This document shows positions 41,558 to 52,216 of a stretch of 64,000 nucleotides of DNA, in pieces. Position 1 is the stretch's first letter. Every line of letters begins with the position of its first letter. The stretch spans positions 49 through 64,048 of the forward strand of contig CAZKYC010000013.1 of assembly GCA_964556895.1 (NCBI GenBank), read 5' to 3'. A program made the position numbers and the translations under genes. The notes under the pieces are model-generated. The model had not been told where the DNA came from and made no database searches. It saw only the letters and a list, made by a program, of their open reading frames with translations. Source of the stretch: an uncultured bacterium. Its GTDB lineage: Bacteria; Hinthialibacterota; Hinthialibacteria; Hinthialibacterales; Hinthialibacteraceae.

Positions 41558-43090
41558 CTAGTTCGTTCTGAAATGGTTGTCAATCGCGTCAAGCAGTGAT
41601 TCAACCTTGGCGTGGGACGCTTCAACGGCGACAACAAAGCCCAAACGGCGCAATTCGCCCGTCGCTTTGGGGCTGATGCTGGCGGCGGGGACGGCGTTTG
41701 CCAATTCTCTGACGAACGCTTCTCCCGTGTCATCGACAAGCCGCTGAACCATCGACGCGCACGAAAACGCAATCAATGAAATTGATTGCAAATCTGATAC
41801 CGAGCCAGGATTCTCAGACTTGCCCTCATCACGGGCCAATCGCAGGTCGAGATTCACCCCATGGCCTTGAAGCGAGTCAACCAGGTTTTGAGGCAACAAC
41901 GGCGGCCCGGGCGATAACACCCGCTTTCCGCGTAATGAAACCGACGCCAACAACTGGCCGACCTGAACGGGCAGACACAAGGTGTCTTGGGTGTAGTCGG
42001 GCGTGAGGCCGAATGACTGAAGCGCCTTCTTGACCGACGCGCCAACCGCGATGATTTGTTTTCCCGCCAGCGAACGAGCATCTACGTTTTCACTCAGCAT
42101 CGCCTGAAAGAAATGAGACACCGCGCTTGGCCCAGCGAACAGAAACGCGTCATAAGAATCAAGCGTGTTCCAGTCGAGCAGTTGTTCGGCATGGCAATCG
42201 TCATGTGAGTTCTCAGAGGGAGTTGAGGTGGGCAATTCGATCACGTTGGCGCCGCGTTCGCGCAATCCTGCGATCAAGCGCGGCTCTTCATATCGAGAGC
42301 GCGGCGCGGCGATGGTGCGCCCAAACAAGGGACGGGTCTCAAACCACTGCATTGATTCGCGCAAGCCAACCACGTCGCCGATGACGATTAGCGCTGGCGG
42401 ACGCAGATTTGCGTCTTCCACCTGTTTCGCGATGGTTTGTAACGGCCCCGTAATGGTTTGCTGCTCTGGCGTCGCGCCCCAGCGGATGACAGCGGCGGGA
42501 GTTTGTGGGTCGCGCCCATGTTGGATTAACGCATCAGCGATTGATTGGATCGCATAGACGCCCATGAACACCACCAGCGTGCCGTCGACCTTGGCGAGCG
42601 ACGCCCAGTTGACGGATGCGTTCTCTTTGAAGGCGTGTTCGTGGCCGGTGATGATATGGACGGATGTCGACAGGTTGCGGCTGGTCAAAGGGATCCCAGC
42701 GTACGCCGGCACCGCCGCCGCCGCCGACACGCCAGGCGCGACTTCAAACCGAACACCGCGCTGGTTGAGATAGATACACTCTTCGCTGCCGCGGCCAAAG
42801 ATAAAGGGGTCGCCTCCCTTGAGCCGCACAACGGTTTTGCCCGCCAAGGCGTGTTGGGCCAACAGCTCGTTGATCGCCTCTTGGGGCATGGTGTGGCGCC
42901 CGGCGGTCTTGCCGACATAGATGCGTTCGGCTGAGGGCGGCGCCAGGGCGATAACTTCGTCGGCGACCAGGTTGTCATAGACCAACACGCCGCATCGTTG
43001 AAGCGCGTCGCGGCCTTTGATGGTCAACAGACCGGGGTCGCCCGGCCCAGCGCCGACGATATAGACAATGCCCTGCTTTGGCTCAGGCAT
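41558..43090 (-). CDS. cobA: Uroporphyrinogen-III C-methyltransferase / uroporphyrinogen-III synthase fusion
   Basis: VGAGPGDPGLLT, RLKGGDPFIFGRGSEE and AGIPLT, plus a C-terminal HemD domain (PLFGRTI, AVGAS). Confidence 0.92.
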   Translation of the reverse strand: MPEPKQGIVYIVGAGPGDPGLLTIKGRDALQRCGVLVYDNLVADEVIALAPPSAERIYVGKTAGRHTMPQEAINELLAQHALAGKTVVRLKGGDPFIFGRGSEECIYLNQRGVRFEVAPGVSAAAAVPAYAGIPLTSRNLSTSVHIITGHEHAFKENASVNWASLAKVDGTLVVFMGVYAIQSIADALIQHGRDPQTPAAVIRWGATPEQQTITGPLQTIAKQVEDANLRPPALIVIGDVVGLRESMQWFETRPLFGRTIAAPRSRYEEPRLIAGLRERGANVIELPTSTPSENSHDDCHAEQLLDWNTLDSYDAFLFAGPSAVSHFFQAMLSENVDARSLAGKQIIAVGASVKKALQSFGLTPDYTQDTLCLPVQVGQLLASVSLRGKRVLSPGPPLLPQNLVDSLQGHGVNLDLRLARDEGKSENPGSVSDLQSISLIAFSCASMVQRLVDDTGEAFVRELANAVPAASISPKATGELRRLGFVVAVEASHAKVESLLDAIDNHFRTN

Positions 43091-43360
43091 TCAACCACTC
43101 CTTTCCGACACAAACGGCTATTCATTATTATAGGCGAGACTTTTATAGCCGTTGTCAATATAACGTGTGGATTGAAGGCGCATAACTGCATCTATCGCTG
43201 TCCGCCGCGGCAAATTCGGGGCGCGCTGGCCGGGATGTTTTTGAGGGCATTATGGTTTGAAATTGCCTATTGGAGTTCTAGCAAAAAAGGGAAAGAATAA
43301 CAGAAAGCCATCTCAACACAGAGCCAATTGTTGAATGCGGCTTTAGGTGGTTATAAAACT

Positions 43361-44122
43361 ATGGGCCTTTTACAACGACCGCCAATTTGGATGTATTCAC
43401 TCGGCAACGCGGCGCTGGTCGCCGTGATTGCCATTACCCTGGTGTTTGGCTGGAGCGTATTCAGCCAGGCCGAGATCGACACATCAACGCTTGACCGCCA
43501 GCGTGAAACCATGGTGCGCACCCAGATCGAAGCGCGCGACATCAAAGACCCAGCTGTTCTCAAAGCGATGCGCAACGTCAAGCGCCATTTGTTTGTGCCC
43601 CGTGGGCTGGTTCACCGCGCTTATCGCGACCACCCGCTGCCCATCGGCGAAGACCAAACCATCTCACAACCCTACATCGTCGCGCTGATGACGACGTTGT
43701 TAGCCCCAAAACCGGAGCATGTGGTCTTAGAAATCGGCACCGGCTCAGGCTATCAGGCGGCGGTGTTGGCAGAGATCGTCGACCAGGTCTATACCATTGA
43801 GATCGTCGAAAAACTCGGCAAGCGCGCCAAAAAATTGCTCAACGGTCAACTTGAATATTCCAACATCAACGTGCGTATTGGCGACGGCTATGAAGGCTGG
43901 CCCGAACACGCCCCCTTTGACGGTATCATCGTCACCGCGGCGCCTGAGAAAGTCCCCCAGCCTCTCATCGACCAGCTCAAAGTCGGCGGGCGTATGGTCA
44001 TCCCAGTTGGAAAAGGCGAGCAACATTTAATGATTTTTCAGCGCAACGACGATGGCGTGGTTCAGCGAAATATCCTGCCGGTTCGTTTTGTCCCCATGAC
44101 CGGAAAAGCCCAACCAGACTGA
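43361..44122 (+). CDS. pcm: Protein-L-isoaspartate O-methyltransferase with N-terminal hydrophobic segment
   Basis: QTISQPYIVA, LEIGTGSGYQAA, APFDGIIVTAA and VRFVPM motifs. Start uncertain. Confidence 0.92.
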   Translation: MGLLQRPPIWMYSLGNAALVAVIAITLVFGWSVFSQAEIDTSTLDRQRETMVRTQIEARDIKDPAVLKAMRNVKRHLFVPRGLVHRAYRDHPLPIGEDQTISQPYIVALMTTLLAPKPEHVVLEIGTGSGYQAAVLAEIVDQVYTIEIVEKLGKRAKKLLNGQLEYSNINVRIGDGYEGWPEHAPFDGIIVTAAPEKVPQPLIDQLKVGGRMVIPVGKGEQHLMIFQRNDDGVVQRNILPVRFVPMTGKAQPD

Positions 44123-44388
44123 CTCCCCTAAGAAGCGTCACCATTTTGGCGCCGTATTTTCATGTATGTATAAATAATGACGGCGCTCAGGTGTGTAATA
44201 TCTGAGCAAGTTCCGACATTTTCGTAAGATTCAAGGCTCCTAAGTAAAGTGATTCTAAGATACAACACGAAAATGCCGTAAGTAATCAAAATGGAATACA
44301 CGACAAAACCTTTGGTGAAAAAGGGTGGATTCGACTGTTTGTTTTTGAGCATACAATACTTTGTGAACAGTAGGTATGAGGCGTATTT

Positions 44389-45966
44389 ATGATTGCAGAA
44401 GCATCCAAACAAGCGGCTCGTAAGCGAGATGAATTCAACCAGTCTTCTCATCTAAATGATATATCGTTGTTGTCGTCTATCAGCAAACAGCTCGACGAAA
44501 ATGCTGCGCTTGAGTCGATGGCTGATCCTATCTTAAAAGCGCTCGCCGACCAATATGGCCTGCTACAGAGTTTTGTGGCTGTCTACAACCGCTATTCAAA
44601 TGAGGTCGTTGTCGAATCATCGTATGGCCTCTCGACCAGCCAGCGCGAACGCGGCCGCTACCGCATCGGCCAAGGCGTAACCGGCCGCGTGGTCCAGTCC
44701 GGACAGCCAATCGTCTCACCCAGCGTCTCTGAAGAGCCGGAGTTTTTAAACCGCGCGGGCGCCGCCAAGATGCCCCGCAAGAAAGACGTAGCGTTTTTGT
44801 GCGTACCCATTAAATGGGGCGGCGAAACCATCGGCGCCCTAGGCGCCTACCGCCTGCTTGAAGACGAAGTGTCGACCGAAGACGACATGAGGCTGCTGTC
44901 GATCATCGCCTCAATGATCGCCCACCCAGTGCGCATGCGCCAAACCGCCGTCGAAGAACGCATGGGCATGGTGCAAGAAACCATTTCGCTTCAACATGAG
45001 TGGAACACCCGCTTTCGCCTCGACAATATGGTGGGCAACTCAGATGGAATGTTGCGCGTGTTTGACCGCATCGCCCAAATCGCCCCCAAAGAATCAACCG
45101 TGTTGCTTCGCGGCGAGCACGGCGTTGGCAAAGAACGCGCCGCCCGCGTCATTCATAGCAACAGCCCGCGCAGCGCACGCCCCTTTGTTATTCTCAACTG
45201 CGCCCAGCTGACCGAAGACAGCCTCGATCGCGAGTTGTTCGGACAAAACGCCGACAATGGCTCCCCCCGAAAACTCGGCCTGATCGAACAAGCCGAAGGC
45301 GGCGCCTTGTTCATCGAAGAAGTCAGCGACTTCGCCCCTGCGCTTCAAGTCAAACTATTGCGCTTCTTAGAATCAGGCGCCTATGAACGAACCGGAGGCG
45401 ACGGCGTCGAAAAAGGCAACGTGCGCATCATCGCCGCCAGCCGCCGCGATTTAGAATCACTCTGTCGCGAAGACCGCTTTCGCCAAGACCTGTATTACCG
45501 CCTGGGGGTGTTCACCATCGCGTTGCCGCCGCTGCGCGAGCGAAAAACCGATATCCCCCTGTTGGCCGACTACTTTATTGATAAATTCAGCCGCGCCAAC
45601 CGAAAGAGCATCTACCGCATCTCGTCGCCCGCTATCGACCTGCTGATGCGCTATGACTGGCCGGGCAACGTGCGCGAGATGGAGAACTGTTTCGAACGCG
45701 CCGCCCTAGTGTCTAACAACGGCGTGATTCACGCCCACCACATGCCCGCCGCCTTACAAAACACAGGCGGTCTCTCAAATGGACAAAACGAGACCCTACA
45801 GGCGATTTTAGATAACGTTGAGCGGGAAATCATTCTGGAAGCGCTCGAAGCGGCGCGCGGAAATCAGGCCAAAACCGCCAAAGCGCTTGGCGTCACCGAA
45901 CGCGTGATGGGGCTTCGACTGAAAAAACACGGCATTGACCCCAAACAGTTTCGCATAAGCAAATAA
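44389..45966 (+). CDS. NifA-like GAF-AAA+-HTH enhancer-binding protein, degenerate (no GAFTGA)
   Basis: GAF (GQGVTGRV..FLCVPI), GEHGVGKE, LQVKLLRFL, FRQDLYYRL, WPGNVREM and a Fis-type HTH. Confidence 0.9.
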   Translation: MIAEASKQAARKRDEFNQSSHLNDISLLSSISKQLDENAALESMADPILKALADQYGLLQSFVAVYNRYSNEVVVESSYGLSTSQRERGRYRIGQGVTGRVVQSGQPIVSPSVSEEPEFLNRAGAAKMPRKKDVAFLCVPIKWGGETIGALGAYRLLEDEVSTEDDMRLLSIIASMIAHPVRMRQTAVEERMGMVQETISLQHEWNTRFRLDNMVGNSDGMLRVFDRIAQIAPKESTVLLRGEHGVGKERAARVIHSNSPRSARPFVILNCAQLTEDSLDRELFGQNADNGSPRKLGLIEQAEGGALFIEEVSDFAPALQVKLLRFLESGAYERTGGDGVEKGNVRIIAASRRDLESLCREDRFRQDLYYRLGVFTIALPPLRERKTDIPLLADYFIDKFSRANRKSIYRISSPAIDLLMRYDWPGNVREMENCFERAALVSNNGVIHAHHMPAALQNTGGLSNGQNETLQAILDNVEREIILEALEAARGNQAKTAKALGVTERVMGLRLKKHGIDPKQFRISK

Positions 45967-45973
45967 CCAATCA

Positions 45974-46429
45974 TCATGACCAGTGGCGCGACCACCAGTA
46001 TTTCACCATATCCGTGTTAATATCAAGAATCGCAGTGGGGTCGACGCGGCCAAAAGTCACATCAATCGCGATCTTAAACATATACGGCTCTTTCTCGACG
46101 CGAACCACCCGGCCCTTCATCGAATTCTTGTCCGCCTGAATCATAGGCTTCGACATGGTCTTCTTGTTAGAAAAGACACAGATCACGTCCTGCCCGGTCG
46201 CCAATGCGTGAATGGATTTCAAGAGCATGCCCGTCTTGCTGACGTTGACTGTCTTGCATTGCACCACCTGTTCGGTGTCGATCACAAACACAAAACAATT
46301 CAGCTGAAGGTCAATTCGCTTCTCGCGCTTTTTCTCTCGGCGCGGCGAGGGCTTCACGGGCGAATTGGGGTCGCCCTTGGTCGCCTTGGGCCGCGGCTTA
46401 ATTTTCTTTACCGGCTTCTTCCAAAACAT
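45974..46429 (-). CDS. PilZ domain protein
   Basis: KREKRI (RxxxR-like), NVSKTG ((D/N)xSxxG) and GRVVR. Confidence 0.8.
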   Translation of the reverse strand: MFWKKPVKKIKPRPKATKGDPNSPVKPSPRREKKREKRIDLQLNCFVFVIDTEQVVQCKTVNVSKTGMLLKSIHALATGQDVICVFSNKKTMSKPMIQADKNSMKGRVVRVEKEPYMFKIAIDVTFGRVDPTAILDINTDMVKYWWSRHWS

Positions 46430-46474
46430 AGTTTATTTGATACCTAGTACAGCTAATCTATATTGAATCTTTAT

Positions 46475-46516
46475 CTGTATTTAACGCTGGGCCCTTCGGG
46501 CGCGCGGATACTCTGC
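46475..46516 (+). repeat. Short hairpin repeat family E
   Basis: CTGTATTTAACGCTGGGCCCTTCGGGCGCGCGGATACTCTGC is 38/43 identical to the reverse complement of 52840-52882. Partial copies sit at 46579 and 46862. Confidence 0.8.
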
Positions 46517-46578
46517 TTATCAAACGATCTTTCTATCAAGAACTGATTGCATAATTCGTTTCCACTCATTTCATCTTC

Positions 46579-47044
46579 TATCACTCAGCCCTTCGCGCGC
46601 GCGGATATTCAGCTTGTCATTTTTTTGGTGGGCTGTTCGCTGCGGCGGACGAGCCCACCCTACCAAGGTTTCACGATTACTACATATCAACCAGCCTAAT
46701 TTCTCCCAACCATGCCCCCCTTAAAAAGGGGGGAAGGCGCCTAGCGCCAGGGGGGATCAACGAGACATCTCAATCACTTGCGAACACAGCGCGCAGGGCG
46801 GCCTCGCCGCCTGTTGCGTTTCGCTTAATTCACAATTCTGGCATCATACCCAATCGGTATGTATCACTCAGCCCTTCGGGCGCGCGGATATTCAGCTTGT
46901 CATTTTTTTGGTGGGCTGTTCGCTGCGGCGAACGAGCCCACCCTACCAAGGTTTCACGATTACTACATATCAACCAGCCTAATTTCTCCCAACCATGCCC
47001 CCCTTAAAAAGGGGGGAAGGCGCCTAGCGCCAGGGGGGATCAAC
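46579..47044 (+). repeat. Direct duplication of a 183-bp REP mosaic (46579-46761 and 46862-47044)
   Basis: The two copies differ at only 2 positions that I could see, with a 100-bp unique spacer. Confidence 0.93.
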
Positions 47045-47220
47045 AGTTTAGGCCTTACCCCACCACGTCGAAACATCATCCCCAGGCGCAATTCGCCGTA
47101 TATTCAAGTATCGAATAAGAATAAACAAAGTTGAGACGTATTTTGGCAATCACAAAAACGCCGCCCCTGAATACACAAGAGCGGGGTTAGCAATTCTAAA
47201 TTCAGCGCACTTTTCATCAC

Positions 47221-47304
47221 GGCTTTTGGGGGGGGCGTCTCTGTGAGCGCCTGTGCAAATGGGCGGCAGCCCACACCGAAGCGAAGAGAGGCACACCCGA
47301 AGCC
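47221..47304 (-). repeat. Hairpin repeat family A, divergent copy 6 (reverse orientation)
   Basis: Minus strand GGCTTCGGGTGTGCCTCTCTTCGCTTCGGTG..GCACAGGCGCTCACAGAGACGCCCCCCCCAAAAGCC: same core, replaced outer stem. Sits directly after the acs stop. Confidence 0.75.
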
Positions 47305-47311
47305 GAAAACT

Positions 47312-49258
47312 CTATTCTTCGTAATTGCGTTGCAGTTTCTGAACAATCGACGCGTCAGCGAGCGTAGTGGTATCGCCCAGGGCACGGCCTTCGGCGATGT
47401 CGCGCAATAACCGCCGCATGATCTTACCGCTGCGCGTCTTCGGCAGGTCAGCCGAGAAAATGATCTTCTCAGGCCGGGCAATTGCGCCGATTTTTTGGAC
47501 GACGTGGTCTTTCAATGACTTTTCAAGAGCTTGGCCCATTTCGAAGCCTTCTTTAATGGTGACAAACGCCGCGATGCTTTGCCCCTTCAGTTCATGTTCG
47601 ATGCCAATGACCGCCGATTCGGCGACCGCATTGTGGTCGACCAGCGCGCTTTCGACTTCCATGGTCGAGATACGGTGGCCGGAGACGTTAATCACGTCAT
47701 CGACACGGCCCAGGATCCAGAAATAGCCGTTTTCATCGCGCTTGGCGCCGTCGCCCGCGAAGTAGACGCCGTCATATTTGCTCCAATACACCTCTTTAAA
47801 GCGCTCGGGGTCGCCCCAAATGCCGCGCAGCATGGAAGGCCACGGCTCTGTAAGAACCAGATAGCCGCCGCCGACGTCAATGTGATCTCCTTCTTCTGTC
47901 ACGATATCAGCCGTCACACCCGGGAACGGCGTCGTCGCCGAGCCAGGCGTAGTTTGGGTGATGCCGGGCAGCGGCGTGATCATGATCGCGCCGGTTTCGG
48001 TCTGCCACCAGGTGTCGACAATCGGGCAGCGTTCGCCGCCGATGACTTTGTGATACCACATCCACGCTTCGGGGTTAATCGGCTCGCCGACCGAACCCAA
48101 CAGCCGCAACGACGACAAGTCGTGTTTCTTGGGTTCTTCCTCGCCCCATTTCATAAAGGCTCGAATCGCGGTCGGGGCGGTATAAAAGATTGACACGCCG
48201 TATTTCTCGACGATTTCCCAGAAGCGGTCGCGGTCGGGCCAATCAGGGGCGCCTTCATACATCACCTGGGTGGCGGCGTTGGCCATGGGGCCATAGACGA
48301 TATAACTATGGCCGGTGACCCAACCGATATCGGCGGTGCACCAATACACATCGCCGCGTTTCAGGTCAAACACCTGGTCGGTGGTCGCTGTTACTCCGGT
48401 CAGGTAGCCGCCGGTGGTGTGCATGATGCCCTTGGGTTTTCCGGTAGTGCCTGAGGTATAAAGAATGAAAAGCAGGTCTTCAGCGTCCATCGGTTCGGGT
48501 TCACAGTAGGTGTCCGCTTCTTGCATGAGGCGGTGATACCAATGGTCGCGGCCTTCTTTGATATGCAGCGGAAAGTCGCCGCGTTTAACGACAACAACAT
48601 GCTCAATGGTCGGGCATTCGCGCAAGGCGATGTCAGCGTCGTGTTTGAGCGGCAGCAGGTTGCCGCGGCGGTAGCCGCCGTCAGCAGTAATCAGAACAGT
48701 CGATTCGCAGTCGTGTATGCGGTCTTTGAGCGCGTCGGGGCTAAACCCGCCAAACACCACGGAGTGAACAGCGCCGATGCGCGCGCAGGCCAACACGCCG
48801 ATGGCGAGTTCGGGGATCATCGGCATGTAAAACGTCACCCGGTCGCCCTTTTTGACGCCCAGCGACTTGAGGCAATTGGCGAACTTGTTGACTTCGCGGT
48901 ATAGGTCCCAATAGGTCAGGGTGCGCTGGTCGCCGGGTTCGCCTTCCCAGATAATGGCGGCGCGGTTTCTCAGGCCGTTTTTGATGTGGCGGTCAACGCA
49001 GTTATAGCAGGCGTTCAGTTTTCCGCCGACAAACCATTTGGCGTTGGGGGCGTCCCATTCGAGGGCTTTGTCCCAGGGTTGAAACCAATCGAGGTTGTTC
49101 GCCATTGTTTCCCAATAGGCGATTCGGTCTTTGGCGGCGAGTTCGTAGATGGCGTTGTCGTTTACGTTGGCTTTTTCGGCGAACTCTTTGGGCGGGTCAA
49201 AGTGGCGTTTTTCTTCCAACAGCGCGTCAATGGTTGCGGCGTGTTTATCACTCGACAT
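47312..49258 (-). CDS. acs: Acetyl-CoA synthetase (acetate--CoA ligase)
   Basis: [25 protein letters not shown] and [11 protein letters not shown] motifs. Confidence 0.96.
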   Translation of the reverse strand: MSSDKHAATIDALLEEKRHFDPPKEFAEKANVNDNAIYELAAKDRIAYWETMANNLDWFQPWDKALEWDAPNAKWFVGGKLNACYNCVDRHIKNGLRNRAAIIWEGEPGDQRTLTYWDLYREVNKFANCLKSLGVKKGDRVTFYMPMIPELAIGVLACARIGAVHSVVFGGFSPDALKDRIHDCESTVLITADGGYRRGNLLPLKHDADIALRECPTIEHVVVVKRGDFPLHIKEGRDHWYHRLMQEADTYCEPEPMDAEDLLFILYTSGTTGKPKGIMHTTGGYLTGVTATTDQVFDLKRGDVYWCTADIGWVTGHSYIVYGPMANAATQVMYEGAPDWPDRDRFWEIVEKYGVSIFYTAPTAIRAFMKWGEEEPKKHDLSSLRLLGSVGEPINPEAWMWYHKVIGGERCPIVDTWWQTETGAIMITPLPGITQTTPGSATTPFPGVTADIVTEEGDHIDVGGGYLVLTEPWPSMLRGIWGDPERFKEVYWSKYDGVYFAGDGAKRDENGYFWILGRVDDVINVSGHRISTMEVESALVDHNAVAESAVIGIEHELKGQSIAAFVTIKEGFEMGQALEKSLKDHVVQKIGAIARPEKIIFSADLPKTRSGKIMRRLLRDIAEGRALGDTTTLADASIVQKLQRNYEE

Positions 49259-49444
49259 AATTCAAGACTCCTCATTCGCGGTCCATTCATTCGTCCTCCC
49301 TGGATGCCGAGTGCAGAGATGCAGTGTTATAGCCTAGCACAATGGGCGCATGGCTCTATGGGCGCGCAGGCGACATTCCATCCCAATGTCATGCGTGTAC
49401 AATACTCATTCGCTACACCGAACAAAGTCGGAGGTATAGAAAAA

Positions 49445-51289
49445 ATGAACAGATTCAGGCCCTTGGCCGCGGTCGCGGCGTGTTGGATTTTACTGGCAGC
49501 CGCTGCGGCGCCGATCCACGCACAAGAAAGCGCTGACGCAAACCCCGCAAGCGCAAAAAAAATCCCCCTCGATACAGTTCTCGCCAAATATGATGACCAG
49601 GTATTGACGCTTGGCGAGTTTTTCTATCACAACAAAGACGGGCTGCGGGCGCTCTATCAAGCCCCTGAAGAAGCTCGCGGCAACGAACTCAAAAACTTCA
49701 TCCAACGCACGTTCTTTGAATTCGCGCTTCTCGCCGACGCCATGAAAAACGGCATGGCGACCGACCCGGAGTATGTCAGCAACAAAAAAATCATGGAGTC
49801 AGATTATCTGTCCCGGCTATACACCTTTAAAGAATTCACCCAGACATTTGACCCCACTGACGATGAACTTCGCGAACTCTATGAAGAAGTCAAAGAAGAA
49901 AAATATTACGACCCGCTTTCGTTCTCGTTCCGCCACATCTTTTTCAGGACCATCGACCTGCCCGAAGACCAGCAACGCCAGGCGTTAGAAAACGCCAAAG
50001 AAGCGGCGGGGCTGATTCGCGGCGGTTCAGACTTCTCGACGGTCACGGAACTATACTCAGACTCAGAACGCAAAGCAGACGTCATCAAAAAAAAGTCGCG
50101 CAAAGACGCGCCCGAACAGGCGATTAACCCCATTCTTGAAGACGCGCTATTGGCGCTCGAGCCAGGCGAAGTCAGCGACATCATCAAAACCAAATATGGC
50201 TATGAGATTCTTGAACTCGTGTCGCTGCAGCCCGCCAATTATAAACCACTGGCCCAAGTCGCGACTGACCTCAAGGCCCAACTTCGCCAGAAACAATTCG
50301 AAGCCTGGCGCAAGGAACTCATTGATCGTAAGTGGGACGCAATGGTCAAGAACTTCAAGCCTGATGTGATCTTTGATGAAGACGCCGAACGCGACGCCGT
50401 CGTCGCAACCATCGGTTCGACGCCCGTCACAAAGTTTGATTTCGAAAACTCGCGCCCCGCCGGCTCCGCCAAACAAGAGGGCGAGAGCGAAAGCGAATAT
50501 CAAGAGCGGGTGGTTGACGCCTATAAAACCGGATTCATCGCCCAGATGTTGTTCAGCGAACTGGCCCGCGACAAGGGGTATGAACAAATCCCGGCGTTTG
50601 AGTTGCTGTCGCGATTGTATGTCGTCGGTAAGGTGCAACAGGTATGGTTTAATAAGAAGGCGGAGAAACACTTTGAGAAAAACCCCATCACGGAAGAAAT
50701 GAAGATTGAGTTTTATGAAAAGAACAAGCAACTGTTTCGCAAGCGCCCCAAAGTCCATCTCAAAGAGATGACCTTCCATTTGCCTGCATATGAACCCGAA
50801 TCGAAGTATGAGCAGTTTAAAGCCGACGCCGCCGCCAAAGAAAAAGCCCAAAAAGCCTATGAACGCCTTCAAGCCGGTGAAGACTTCTCAAACGTCGCCC
50901 GCGAAATGTCAGAGAGCGACACCGCCGCTGACGGCGGCGACTTAGGCGTCATCGATTCGTCAACCGACCTGCTGCCCAGCACCATTGTGTCACGCGCCTT
51001 AAAATTAGGGGTCAACGCCCTGCCCGACGGGCCGCAAAAATATGACAAGGCCTATTATCTCTATACCGTTGTTGAAACGCTGCCCGACGAATTTCAGCCG
51101 TACGACTCAGACAACGTTCAAAAACAAATCAATGTACGAATTAAACAAATGGCGCAAAACCTGTATTACCAATCTCTGCGCGATGAAATGGTTGATCCTG
51201 ACAAAGTCGAATTAGTCTATGACGACTTTTGGGATATGGACCCCAGCCATTTGGAGCCGCTGGATTATTCGCTGCCGGAAGAAAACTAA
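49445..51289 (+). CDS. Exported parvulin-type peptidyl-prolyl isomerase (SurA/PrsA-like, two PPIase domains)
   Basis: GGAGG RBS, signal peptide MNRFRPLAAVAACWILLAAAAAPIHA, RHIFF..DF...YS, GEVSDIIKTKYGYEI and GEDFSNVAREMSES..GGDLG. Confidence 0.88.
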   Translation: MNRFRPLAAVAACWILLAAAAAPIHAQESADANPASAKKIPLDTVLAKYDDQVLTLGEFFYHNKDGLRALYQAPEEARGNELKNFIQRTFFEFALLADAMKNGMATDPEYVSNKKIMESDYLSRLYTFKEFTQTFDPTDDELRELYEEVKEEKYYDPLSFSFRHIFFRTIDLPEDQQRQALENAKEAAGLIRGGSDFSTVTELYSDSERKADVIKKKSRKDAPEQAINPILEDALLALEPGEVSDIIKTKYGYEILELVSLQPANYKPLAQVATDLKAQLRQKQFEAWRKELIDRKWDAMVKNFKPDVIFDEDAERDAVVATIGSTPVTKFDFENSRPAGSAKQEGESESEYQERVVDAYKTGFIAQMLFSELARDKGYEQIPAFELLSRLYVVGKVQQVWFNKKAEKHFEKNPITEEMKIEFYEKNKQLFRKRPKVHLKEMTFHLPAYEPESKYEQFKADAAAKEKAQKAYERLQAGEDFSNVAREMSESDTAADGGDLGVIDSSTDLLPSTIVSRALKLGVNALPDGPQKYDKAYYLYTVVETLPDEFQPYDSDNVQKQINVRIKQMAQNLYYQSLRDEMVDPDKVELVYDDFWDMDPSHLEPLDYSLPEEN

Positions 51290-51290
51290 C

Positions 51291-52178
51291 ATGGCCTATC
51301 CATACGAGATTACCCGTCGAGACTGGTTATCGTTCGCGGGCGCCGCTTGTTTGGCGCCCGCGTTTTCATTCCATGCCAACGCCCAACCTCCGCTGCGCTT
51401 CGGCATTGTCGCCGACGCCCATTATTGCGACGTTGCGCCGCGCGGATCACGCCATTACCGCGAGTCGCTCGCTAAGATGCGCGAATGCGCCGAGTTCATG
51501 AATGATGAAAAGGTTCACTTTCTCATTGAACTGGGCGACCTCAAAGACCAGGATTTAACGCCCGTCGAAGAAAATACGCTCCGCTACTTAGAACAGATCG
51601 AAGCCGAGTTCAGCCGCTTCAATGGCCCGCGCTACCACGTCTTGGGCAACCATGACCTCGACAGCATCTCAAAGCCGCAGTTTTTTGGCCGTGTTAAAAA
51701 CACAGGCGTACCGAATACAAAATCCTACTACTCGTTTGACCGCGGCAGCGTCCATTTCGTTGTTCTCGACGCCTGTTACACCTCAAGCGGCGCCGCGTAT
51801 GACCACGGCAACTTTGACTGGACCGACGCGAATATTCCACCCGATGAACTCGAATGGCTCAAACAAGACCTTCGCCAAGCGAAGGGGCCGTGTGTGGTGT
51901 TTACTCATCAACTGTTAGACGGTGAAGGGTCGGTCTATATCAAGAACGCAGAGGACGTGCGCGGCGTTCTCGAAGAATCACAAACAGTCCAAGCGGTATT
52001 TCAGGGCCATCATCATGAGGGACAATACACCAAGATCAACGGCGTTCACTATTACACCCTCAAGGCGATGGTCGAAGGCAGCGGCGCCGCGAACAACTCA
52101 TACGCCATTGTCGAGGCCAAACCCGATGGTTTAATCGTGACGGGATACCGAAAAGCCGTCAGTCAAATGATTGGCTGA
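51291..52178 (+). CDS. Tat-exported calcineurin-like metallophosphoesterase
   Basis: TRRDWL Tat motif, DAH, LGD, GNHD and GHHH. Confidence 0.9.
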   Translation: MAYPYEITRRDWLSFAGAACLAPAFSFHANAQPPLRFGIVADAHYCDVAPRGSRHYRESLAKMRECAEFMNDEKVHFLIELGDLKDQDLTPVEENTLRYLEQIEAEFSRFNGPRYHVLGNHDLDSISKPQFFGRVKNTGVPNTKSYYSFDRGSVHFVVLDACYTSSGAAYDHGNFDWTDANIPPDELEWLKQDLRQAKGPCVVFTHQLLDGEGSVYIKNAEDVRGVLEESQTVQAVFQGHHHEGQYTKINGVHYYTLKAMVEGSGAANNSYAIVEAKPDGLIVTGYRKAVSQMIG

Positions 52179-52216
52179 CGGCGTTCTAGACCAGCGCCTC
52201 ATGGCGGAACAGGCGC

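Noticed and set aside
44389-45966. Nitrogen fixation (nifA) locus
   Set aside because: No nif genes are nearby and the GAFTGA motif is missing; only the domain architecture is NifA-like.
46579-47044. CRISPR array
   Set aside because: Only two 183-bp units, no 25-45 bp repeat-spacer periodicity and no cas genes.
48986-49444. 153-aa N-terminal extension of the PPIase ORF
   Set aside because: It overlaps acs antisense. The RBS and signal peptide mark ATG 49445 as the start.
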